In this document: piece after piece, positions 26,101 to 38,100 of the stretch
Layout: the number at the start of each line of letters is the position of its first letter
How positions within the stretch are numbered: the first letter of the stretch is position 1
Assembly: GCF_018977255.1 (NCBI RefSeq)
Contig: NW_024704743.1
Span: 65,288,001 to 65,352,000 of the forward strand
DNA from: Callorhinchus milii
Lineage: Eukaryota
Reading direction: 5' to 3'
DNA: 64,000 nucleotides
Notes under the pieces: generated by a model
What the model was told of the DNA's origin: nothing
Seen by the model: the letters and a program-made list of their open reading frames with translations, nothing else
Databases searched by the model: none
Translations under genes and position numbers: made by a program

Positions 26101-29100
26101 GATCTCCTCTCTCCTCAAAACAGTACCCGTTGCCTTCGTCCCTCGGGTCTGGCATCCTCCTCGTCCCCCAAGTCCTCCGCTCCACCCTCGGCGGCCGTGC
26201 CTTCAACCACTATGCCCCGAGGCTCTGGAACTGCCTTCCTCACTCCCTTCATCTCGTTCCCACCCTTCCCATCTTCAGGTCTCTGCTGAAGACCTTTCTT
26301 TTCGACCGCGCCTTTGGTCACCTTCCTCCCCCTCCCCCTGGCTCGGTCCCGGGATCCGTTACTGTAAAGCGCTCTGAGACGCCGTCCGGCGTGGAGGGCG
26401 CTATATAAATCCAAATTGTTGTTGTTGTGTTTCACTCAAAACGACACAGTAACATTTTTTTGGGGGGAGTGGGTATTAAAAGTATATTTTATTCAAAGTG
26501 TTTTTGTACTGAGAGTTTCAGAAGCCTTTTTTAAAGAAAATATTTTCCCTGTGAAGGGGGAAGAAATGGCAACTTGATCAATAACTATCTGATTGAATTG
26601 ATTGAAAATTTGTTCTCAGCAGTGATGCTGGAGAATTTGGGGCATGCTTTTTATTTAATGCCATTATCCTCTGTCAAGCTCAACATGTGTCCAGAGCCTA
26701 CCCAGTGTTCTAAAGCATTGCTTATTAAATGACAAACAATGGTCTTCTTGTTTGTATGACATGCTGCAACGCTGTTTAATCTCCTGATGTTGTCCTGTCA
26801 TTAGTGCATCAGTAAATCATGGAGATTGGTGCAGAGCAGAGATTTTTCCTGGCTGACTTCATCCTTTCAACATTCACATCAGTCTGAAAGAGAGGTTGCT
26901 TTACACAAAGAGCAGTAAGATTTAAAGGCGGTAGTCTCATTATTATTACTATTCTTCTTATTATATAATATTATATGGATTATCATATCTCAGACAAAGA
27001 GAAGTTCTCAATTGGATCACTGTTATGATCATTGTATCATTGTATCAAATCTTTGCATTTGATATCGTGCTATTCACATCGGAAGATGTCTTAGAGTCCT
27101 TCACTGGATTTACTATAATATATAGTGACTGTATTTTATACCCAAACGTTGCAGCTAATTTGTACACAGCAATGTTCCACGCACAGCCACAAAGTGAAAG
27201 AACAGTATTATCCAGAGGAGTGTTGGCCAGGATGCAGGGGGAAATTCTGTTCTCTTTTTGAATAGTGCCATGGGATCATAATATCTATCTGAACAAGCAG
27301 ATGGGATTCCAGTTTAACATCTTATCTGAAGGATGGCACCTCCAACAATGCAGCCTAAACTGTGAGTTTAAAGTCCTGGCATGGGGCTTGAACTCACAAC
27401 CTTCTCACCTAGAGGTGAGAGTGCTACTAGCTGATCCAGGCTGATACCTTGTTTATTAAATTGTCTCCTAAGTTCTTGTTTTTAATCTTTCGCAGTACAT
27501 TTTTAAAGACAGAATAATAACTGATTTCTGCTATCTAAACTGTGTAGGACTATGGATGCAACACTTGAAACACAGTTTTGGTTAATTTTTCTCGCCACTT
27601 TTCTGTGATCAAACTGGAGGTCGGTGATCTTATCACTAGTGATGATTATCACATAAGAAATGCTAGACAAACAAAGACCAAGGTCCATCGAGTTCACCTT
27701 CCATCTTCCTAGCGGTCTCATGGACATATGTCCTGAACTACCCATATACTATATCCCATAATGTTATTTCCTAAAGGAAACCTATTTAATCTGTGTTTGA
27801 AAGAATCAACACTTCCTGCTTCAATTGTCTCCCTCGGGAGCCTGTTCCACAGGTTCACTATTTGTTCACTGAAATAGTGTTTGCGTAGATTCATTCTGAA
27901 TTCCCCCCCCCTTCAATCGCAGACCATGCCCTCTGGTTTTACTATTCTGGACAGGTTGAAACAGCCTGTCATGATCTGTATTGTTTTGCCCCATTAGAAT
28001 CAATTAGAAGCAATTATGTTGTCTCTCAATCTTCTATTTTCCAGCATGAACATGCTGAATTTACTTAGTTGTTCCTGATAGTCCAGTCCTCCATTCCCTC
28101 AATCATTTTAGTTGCCCTTCTCGGTATTTTCTCAATTTCTCCAAAATTCTTTTTGTACTGCGGTAACCACAGTGGCAAGATTACCTCACTATTTGGGCTT
28201 GCTTTCTTTGTTCTTGTGGAAATAAATCCTAGTTCCGCTAGTCTCCGCACATTTGCCAAATTAATGTTCCACAAACAAGTATGGAATGAGTGAATGACAC
28301 AAAAATAATTCCTAGCTTCTCTCCATATTCTACCCCTGACATTTACTCAATAAATTCACTCAGAGCTGAGACACATCAATTATGTTGAAAGTTGTAATTT
28401 AAAACAATTAACTTAGGACTGGGTGCAAACACCCTATCTCCAGAGCCAAGCTTGAACAATTTAATAAATTCTCTCAATAGATGTGCTTGATAAATTTCAG
28501 AATCGCTACACAAATTCTACCCCACTCACTTCCTGAGCTGTGCTGTGTAACCAGATAAATCCTTTCAACAAATGAGCCCAGAGTTGCACTTGATGCATTT
28601 CTGAATCCTTTCAATAAATATTCTTGACTGTGATTTGTGCTCAATAATTAATTGGTCCCATGGCTTCATAATAAATTGGAACTGTATTCAATAAATCTAT
28701 CAGTCCATTAAAATAATTTGCGGTGCTTAACCTGACTGAGTGCCAAATTTGGTTCTCAATGGACTTCAAGTCAATATATTCAGTGGTGCTATCTCTGGTG
28801 TTGATCCATTGATGGTTTCGGTTCAGCTCAGCACTTGATATCTTGCTGGTGTTCCTAAACAAGTTAGAAGTCCTGCAAGTTTTATCCCAATATCTCACAT
28901 CTGCATTTTAGAGCTTTTACTTTTTTTAGAAAAAAATATTTGAGTAAATTTTGTAGTATTTCTTAATAGGAATTCTAATAAGAAAAATCAGAAAGGGAAC
29001 TCCTTCCGACTGGTAATTCCTTCCTTCCGGTAACTGGATACATCCCACACATGTCACAATGATGTGAGGGAAGCCTGCACCTATATTACATTGAGTTGGA

Positions 29101-32100
29101 ATGACATTCCTAACTGCATCACGTGCTTCCAGATTTTATCATTGAGAAATCCCATTAAGAAATTCTACACAATTGACCTTATAGAATAATACAATATACT
29201 CTTTGGATTTGATATAGCTGGCACCGACCTATATTTTAATGTCTCATTTGAAGGATGACACCTCCGACAATGGAGTGATTCCCCAATACTGCACTGGAGT
29301 GTGAGCGTAGACTGCAGGCTCAAAAGTCTCCAACGTGGGACTTGAATCCACAACTTTCTGATCCAGATGATCTCTAGCTCAGGACTGGCAACCCATGCCT
29401 GCTCCCATGTGTCTCCCATTGTTGCTGCCCTGTGACCAGCCTCTTAGAATAATGTAATTTGGGCTTCAGGAACCCTCCATTAGGTCACAAAGTCCACAGA
29501 AGATTAGAGTACAGTACTCCACAATCAACAAGCAACAAGTGGAGGTATTTTATGACAAATCAATAATGTCACTTAGGATGGGGTAGGTGGGAAGGGAGAG
29601 AGAAACACCTGGGCTCACAGTAAAGTGAAAAGTGAAACAAGGTCTTTCTCTCTCCCCTCCCAGCCTGGCAGGACATGAAAGGGCAGACCAGTCACTGGGG
29701 GACGTGAATTCTCCCACTCAGCTCTTGTTAATCCTGCAAGCCAAAGCCCTAACAGATAGGGTGGTCCTAACTAGACAAGCAGTGGGAAAGCTTGCCAGAC
29801 AATGTGCTACCAATGGCAGCTATGCGGTTTTAGCTGTTAGATTCCAGCAGTTCCCCAACACAAACTCTGCGGTCCCCAAACCTTGGCTCTTGCCAATCTG
29901 TGCCTATCACTTTCTGGAATGAGGTAAGCAGGGGCATCCCTCCAGGGAGAGAGTGAGCATTCCATTCCAACAATCTATCTATGGGATTTACACGTGTAGG
30001 TGGGAAGCGTGGAAATCTCAATTTGGTTTGGATACTATTGAGCATGGAGATGGGTTTTCAAATACGTCAGATACCCAATTGACCAAAGAACAAAATAAAA
30101 CTGTTAAGTGTTCATTCACAAGTAAAAAAACCAAAGACAGTTAAAAAAAAGCCATAAAGACTTGTTGGATGTCTTCTTCCTTACAAGTTTACATTCCCAT
30201 GTGTACACAGCTGTTGTTTTGGGTTTGCTGGAAAGACCCACTGGGATGATGTAGTGAGTGGATCCATTTCTGACCAGCTGTAACTGAAGCTTTTAATGGT
30301 GCTGCTGTGCTATAATTAATTTCTAGAAATACACACCATTGGTAAGAGCTGACTTGTCGGCAGACTTTGGAGGGGCAGAGATTCTGCAAGTGCAGGGAAC
30401 TGATGGCAGGAGTTCTTCTCCTTAGATCTTGTACCAACCAAAATCCTGATAGGTAGGGTGGTCCTCGCTGGACAAGCAGAAGGAAGCTTGCCAGACAGTG
30501 ATATCAATAGCAACCTATGCGGTATGCTATATGGTAAGAGCTATGTGGAGGCAGACTCACTGCTGCAATTATGAGGAAAACTGGGGTTTATCTACACAAT
30601 ATATAGTCACCACACTTTACAGTAAATCTTGCGAAGAGCTTTGAGAAGCTACTCCATTTGAATCAGTGTCTTCAGAAAGCGTGGGTGTAGGGGGGTGGAA
30701 TAGACAGAATTGAAGGGAAAATTAATGTACAGTCAAAGATTCTTGTAAGTGACTGCAAACTCCATGATTTCTTCCTGAGTAAAGCACTAGTAATTCCACA
30801 TCTAGAACCGTAATCATTAATTTCACACCTCTGAAACATTCAGCATCTTACCAGCACATCTTCATTTGTGAAATATTGATGTGAAAATAGTTTTGCCAAA
30901 TGCAGGAACTCACTGATGCATTGACTGTCCTTTGAAAGATAGTGAGATGAAACAATGGTAAATAATTATCCAGAGGGAGAAGTGTTGTGCAGTTTAATAT
31001 GTACAGCAGGGCTGGTTTGCTGTTAGTTAATCCTTCAGAACAAGGTGGTTAAGAAAGAGTCTCTTTTCATTTAGGTAGACGTTAAAGGTCCCGTGACACT
31101 CTCTGCAAAGAGAAGGGAATTTCTCCCAGTGTTCTGGCCAAACTTTGGTGCTGCAACTCACATGCTTACATTGTGGAGCCTCAATTAAACACAGTGTTTG
31201 GAATCCATAAAATCCTAACCCCAATCAATGCTATAGTGAGGTATGATAGCTCGTTTCACTGAGCATGTATGCAGTTGGCTTCCTGTACACCATAGTTCCC
31301 ATGCTAAAGGAAAAATGCCCATCGTGCCCTCACCTATTTGCTGTCCATGAGCAAAATAGGAAGCGACATCACCAGCAACCTCATGACCCAGAACTCGGCC
31401 ATTTGTTTCAGGGCTTAAAACTAAAATGGATCATTAGGATAATACTGATGTTACTTCCTGCTTTGCACTTGAGTAACAAAGAAAGCAGTGAGGTCTGAGG
31501 CGACCTGGACATCAGCCGTTTTAATGTGAAAAGTTGCCTGGTGTGTAGGAAGCTGGCTGCACCGATCACAGTCAAATGTTATAATCAAATGTATGCTATT
31601 TGTGTCAAATTCCACCACTGTTAAGCGCTCCAAGACACAACCCTGCTGTTCTGGGGAATGATGTGCCAGTCACTACGCTGAATACATTCACGCAAGTTGA
31701 GAGACCATATAATAATAAAGATTGATCCAATTACCTGTTCTCTCCTTTGAGTGGTATGAGTGGTTGGTAATGTTACCAGTTATGAAAAATAGGACATTTT
31801 CTATCAGATGCAGCTAAAGGGGATGTAATATAATAAATACCTGTGATTATGCCGTTCTTGTTGGAGAAGTATTTAGTGCCAATTTTGTTCATTGGGAAAT
31901 TTGCTTTACTGTTTTCTTCATTTCCAGGTTCGATTTAACAGTGTTTCTAAATGGGACAAACTGCCTCTGTGCAAAGGAAACTGAAATCTTGTTAAGTAAA
32001 TCTAGCTCCATCCCAAACACTGACATTTTACTGTCCAAAAATGGAACCCTTCCTGGAGGAGACAACCTCTTTATAAACACAGGATGTATCAGCAAGTAAG

Positions 32101-35100
32101 TCTGAAAGTAAGACTGCCTGAGACCCAACTGCAGGCATTATTACTGTTACTAACTTATTAGAATGGACAATCCGGTACAGTAATGTTCTCGCTAGGAATA
32201 GAATAAAATTCTTGTATTTGATGTAGGATTTTATAATGTTGTCAAATGTCTCAAAGTGAGTTAGAGGATTATTGTTGTTTAACATTTGCCTGAGCAGACA
32301 AACGAGACTTTGGTTTAACATTCTTTCCGAGGGATGGTACCTCCGATAATGCAATGTTTCCTCGGCATTGTCCTGAAGCGTCAACTTTGTTTTGTTCAAT
32401 ATTTCTTTCTGGGCTGGATCACATAATACAAAATTATATTTGTATAGCGCCTTTCACGTTGGGAGGACGTTCCAAGGTGCTGAGTGACATTTCCGCCCTC
32501 CTTGGTCTAGCGGTAACTTTTAAGTGATCATCAAGCTTAGGTCCATCACCTAAAGATTATTTTATAAGCAAATAAGGCCATTGATGTCAGCAAGGTCCCA
32601 CAAACAGCTAATAATAATAAGGATTGCTGGCCGGCACAAGAATCCTGCATTGAGAATGGATTCAGCTTCTATAGCCGCTTACTTTGTTGCTGCATGCATT
32701 CTTTGTTGTTAATAGATGCTTTGGTGCTGTCTGCTTCCTATATGGAGATGGTAAAGATGTTATGGCTGTGTATGAGGCAGCTGGCCCGTACATTTGGAAC
32801 TTCAGTCTGAGCCTCATTGCAGATCAAGTGCAGATTGGGAAGCCGTTCATGCTGGAAATATGTGGCTATTTGGCTAGACCTTTGGGAAAAGCTATTGGTA
32901 AGTTATAGTTACATCATCATGTCACAGTAAGTATAAATATGTTACTGAAATATGTAGCAAATTACATGAGCTGAAAAAAATATGGAAATCAGTATGGCAC
33001 AATACTGTACTTCTCCAGCTGTGATTATTCTGTCTACAAAGGTTTTGTCTTGTATGATGGAGGACATGTCTAGATGTTTAAATCTTCTTTCAATTACCGT
33101 GGATTGTTTTTGTTTTGTTTGGGAATTCGTGACTCATCTGAACTAGTTCAGCCATAGGAAGGCCCTGCTTACCTCATTTTTAGATTTCTTGACAGTATCA
33201 ATGTTTCAACCTGGGTAAAGGGTAAAGAACTAATCAATTGAGATTATGCACTTAGGACCTTCTGGTCCCAAGATTTAAACTCAAAGGAATGAGACATCAC
33301 TGAACGCCCTTGAGGTGGTGTTGGTTTCACGGTGTTTGCCTGTTTGCTAATGGCCCTCATATGAGGAGCTGGATTGAAGAGCTGTTGCTGAGTAAGTGGG
33401 GTCTCCTTGAGGCTGAGATAGCTCAAAGGTGACATATTTAGACTGGAATGTTAGAATGAATTGATCCTGTGTGGCTGTCTCAGTAGTTCAGTTTCTGAGC
33501 CAGGAGGGTCTGCAGTACTTCAGGGCACTGCTGGTAATTAAAATAAATAATACTTGTATTTGATATAGCACCTGTCACATCTTCTAGATGTCTTAAAGCG
33601 CTTCACAGAATATACTGCAAAGTGAATTGAGTGTATATTTGTGGGCGAAACGCGGCAGACAATTGTGCACAGCAGTTTGCTGATGACAGATCAGTCAGCC
33701 TGGCTTGTCGGTAGGATTCAGACTGGCAGTCATTTGAGGAGGAGAAATTCTTCATTCAACTACTATTAATCCTGCAAGCCAAATCTCTAACGGATAGGGT
33801 GGTCCTCGTTAAACAAATAGCGTGAAATTCACCAGACAATGCTCACAATAGCACGATAATCAATTTTAGCTGGATTAACTCCAGCAGTAACCCAATACAC
33901 ACTGTGGTCCCCAATATCTGGCTCTTGCCAAACTGCACTAATACATTCTCCTAGTAGGCACTCTGAGATCCTACCCATGTGAAGGACACTAAATAAATGC
34001 AAGTTGTTGTTCTAATACTTTATGGAATTAACAAAACACAGTGTAGCCCTCATGGGAGAGAGGGTAGACTCCATTCAAGACACAGATAAAATTCCAGTCC
34101 ATAGGTGAGATTATGAATATGGGGGAGAAAGGACAGTTGAGGGTCGAACAAAACGCCCAGTTTCCTGACTGGCTTGGTGAGGTGGAGTGTGCATCCATAG
34201 ATGCTGATAGTGCCTGAGGTGCAGAAGTGCTGGATGTCGTTTGTCACCTTGACCAGAGCAGTTTCCGTGCCGTGAGCAGCATGGAAACCCGATTGGAGGG
34301 GCTCATGAAGGAAGTTGTCGGAGAGGAATGAGAGAAGTTGGAAATAACAACTCTTTTAAGGACCTTGGAAAGAAAAGGGAGGTTGGAGATGGGTCGGTAA
34401 TTAGAAGGCGGGAATGGGTCCAGGGAAGGTTTTTTCAAGATGGGGTGATTAAACCTGTTTTTAGGGGGATGGGAACGGTATCAGATGATTGATGATTGAG
34501 AGATTGATGGTGTTGGAGAGTAGAGGGGCGAGGAGGTGGAGCTGGAAGGTAAGGAGAGGGGTGGGGATGGGATCAAGGGAACAGGTGGTGTGTTTCATGC
34601 TGGATGTGGTGAGAGAGGAGAGGGAGACAGGTTTCAAAACGTGGAGGGAAGGATGGGTAAGGTTTGTAGTGTGGGGGGAGAAAGGGAGGGAGTGGTGGTT
34701 TGGAGTGTGGAGGCAGCTGAATGGATCTCCTCAATTTTGGATTTGAGGTGATCCAGCATCTCCTCACAGTCAGAGCTTGACGGCGAGGCGAGGGAGAGTG
34801 GATGGAGGAGCTGGTTGGCGGTGGAGACTAACTTAGAAATTGTGTGTAAGATAGGATCATACGTAGTTGTCCAGAAACAGACTGTGTTGGGATCATTACT
34901 TATGCAGATACTTTGTTTCAGGTATTGAAACTCTTAGCTCAGACGATATGTCTTACGTGGTACTGGAGATACACTGGAGCAGTGGAAAGTACAACACGCA
35001 GAATATCACTGTCAATTCCAAAGGTTTCTTCACTTTATCTCCTATCTGGACGTACTCTTACCCTGGGAAATATTTAATAAGTAAGTTCTGAAATGACATT

Positions 35101-38100
35101 GTTCCTGGACATTGATAACCAGCGCTGAAACTAAATTTTAATTAACAATGTTAGAAAAGGTTGAATAAGAAATGACTAATCAGCCCATCAAAATCCCTCC
35201 TTCCACAGGAAAGCCTCCCTTATCCTCTGAGTTGCAATTGTAATTACTAGTTTGAGGTGTTTCAATCCAGTTGAATTCATGTGAACTTCACCCGACCCAT
35301 TTCTCTTCTGTGGAAAGCCGAATAAAGACTTCCTGATTCTCAGAGGAAATGAAGCAAAGCTCCAGTATATTCATCCATCCTTACCTTTTCATAGTTCTAA
35401 TCTGTGCGCTTTGTTGACACAGACAACTCGGCAACAACCCAACAACATAGAAACTATATACTCCCCTTCCCCTTTATTCTCCAAAACTTTCTGAAGCAGA
35501 GTTGTATCCAGGCTCCATAACTGAGAGTGGAGCCAACATGTTTTGTTAAAATGCTTTGATCCTTACATGGTTAGTTGTGAGAGTGAAATCTTGTTGACCT
35601 TGAACAATAATCTGCATTTTGCCTTTGATTCCTCAGATGTCACAGCGAGCAATCAGATCTCCAGTGAGAAGAGGAACATCAGTGTTGAGGCTCTGATCCC
35701 AGCGCCCACTGCTCTTGAAGTGAAGCTTGTGCAGCTGGCTGAGCAGATCCCGTCCTGTGTTCCATTCACTGTCAATGAAAGAAGTCCCCTGGAGAAAGTT
35801 TTCCTTGGAATAAGCTACAGCTTCAAGGCCTTTGTTGCCATGGGGACTGATTTGACATTCTCCTGGTATTTCAGTGATGACAATAGCACACAATTGTCAC
35901 ACGGCCCACTGAACTGCAACGGACATCAACAAATGGACTGCCTACTAAATACAGTGGTGAGTCATGGCATATCAATAGACTTTGGAATAGTTCCTTGTTT
36001 TCCCTCCTGCCGTCAATCCTCTCCTTTCCAGGGGTGGGCACTTTACTGGGATATTGTTCTGTGGACATTGACTGCCCTCATGTGATGCCCTCAAATGACC
36101 ATTCACTGTTTGTGAGCCATGGCAGGTTGTTCATTGTCAATCCTATAATCCTTATATATGCCACCGCATGATCAGCTCAGATTCAAGTGATAAAGAGTTG
36201 TTCTTGAATTGAAACTCTCTTCTTTCATTTCTGATATCATAGAATAAATCTAGTGTGAATCTATGAGATAAAAGTATCCTCTCTGTTGCAATTGTAATTA
36301 CTAGTTTGAGATGTTTCAATCCAGTTGAATTCATGGGTGAGTACATAAAACACCCATAATCACCCACACTTCACTTCACTTGGAGAGCAGTGTACAACAG
36401 AAAGGAGGCTTTGTGAAGTCCTCCCGACTTGAAAGGCGCTATATAAATGCAATTTGTTATTGCTGTTATATCCTGTGAAGTGCTTTGAGACATGCTCCCG
36501 ATGTGAAAGGCGCTAGACCAGGTGCAAGATGCTATTATACAAATCACTGATAACTAGCAGTAAATCATCAGACTCTTTCAGAGAGACAACAGAGTTGATT
36601 GAGGTAAAAGTTGTAAGTGTCTTGGTTCCATAGAGGAGAGAGGGGAGGTGGCTAAAGGTGCAGTCAAAGAAATGAGTCCTGAGATGGTTCTAAAAGTAGA
36701 GCGAGAGGGAAGGTACAAGATGGCGAGAGTTTCAGAGGGTGGGGACAAAGTGGCTGAAAACTCATCAACCTATGGAGGGCAGAATTTGCAGAGGCCATAA
36801 AGCAGGCCAGATATGATGGAGCAGAGATCAGGGAGTAGGGTCATAGGAGATCGCAGAGGTAGGGTAGGGCACAATTTTGAAGGACAAATATTTGAACTTT
36901 TGGAGTTCATGATCACTTGTGACCTTAAATTAAACTAATGACAACAAGTTGCTCGATTAAGTTTCTAAGACTGGTACCAGAACTAGCACGTGGAGAGCAT
37001 TGGTACTGAGCCCATTGTTGAATAGAATAATAATACACTATTATTTTTTAATGCAGAACCATACATTTCATGATGAAGGAGTCTGCCAAGTCACAGTTAA
37101 TGTGTCCAACATATATAACTGGATTCAGAAAACCATCTACGTGGTAAGTATTTTTGAATTTTTGTTTTGGTCAGCTGGGTTTCTCATGCAGAAACCTATC
37201 ACCATGCTTAAGAGTGAAATATAATGAAATCTAACAAAATAGTTAAGATAATACTCTGAAATATAATGAAAGATGTTTCTTTTATGTGTCAATAATCTGC
37301 GTTTGATATGCATCTCCAATAGTTCATCCCATACCTTCTACATTATAATCATCCAGTAATTTAATGGTGATTGCTTTGTAAGAACAAAAGTACATAAGAA
37401 ATGCTAGATGAAAAAAAGACCAAGGTTCATTCAGTTTGCTTCCACCTTCCTGGTAGTCACATGCATCTTTGTGCACATTTTAATTTAAATTGATTGTTGG
37501 CTTTTTAATCTTTTTAAAACAACTTAATATGTAGTTTGTTTTTCAGTATCTTTTGGTACTGCTTTGTTTCTAACAGTATGCAACCCACTTGATTTTTTGA
37601 GAAAGAACTACCTTTAACTAATCTTTTCTTGGTAAAAAGTTATTTCAATTTAATGACTTCTGGTTAATAAGCATGTTTTCACTTGTAAAGCCATAAAGAG
37701 CAGTAATGCCACAACAACATTTGAATTTAAAAGCACCTTTCACATTGGGAGCACGTCTCAAAATGCCTTAAACCCTGCACACAGCTGACTGGTGCGCACG
37801 ATGGTGTATGGTGGGAATGTGGGAAAACATGACCCAAAAGACAGTCAAAAAGATAGATTAGCTTTGAAGTGGGGAGGGAAGGGGCGAGGTGGAAGCTGCA
37901 TGAAGCTTTTTGAGGTGTCTTCCCAATACAATAGGTGCTACAAAAAATGTAAATTGTTGCTCTTGTAAGAATTATGTAGTACTGTACTAAAAAATGTGGG
38001 CTGAGCTTTATTATATGCCTCCTACTTAAACAGATGGAAGCAGATAACCCTGCAAGACCAGTGGAGGCGTCGAAAATCTTTGTGTGTGTGTTTATGCTTT

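Noticed and set aside
25429..26408. Reverse-transcriptase ORFs (also 1921-3747, 41406-42521) as an active or domesticated RT system
   Set aside because: All are 5'-truncated, frameshifted L2 copies lacking the endonuclease and ORF1.
28641..28898. 85-aa minus-strand ORF in unique-looking intronic DNA
   Set aside because: No homology or motif that I recognise; non-ATG start.
31500..31590. Cys-containing frame ([22 protein letters not shown]) ending at a phase-2 GT, considered as the WSC first exon
   Set aside because: No polypyrimidine tract at the acceptor and no YxGCY motif; 15943-16060 fits much better.
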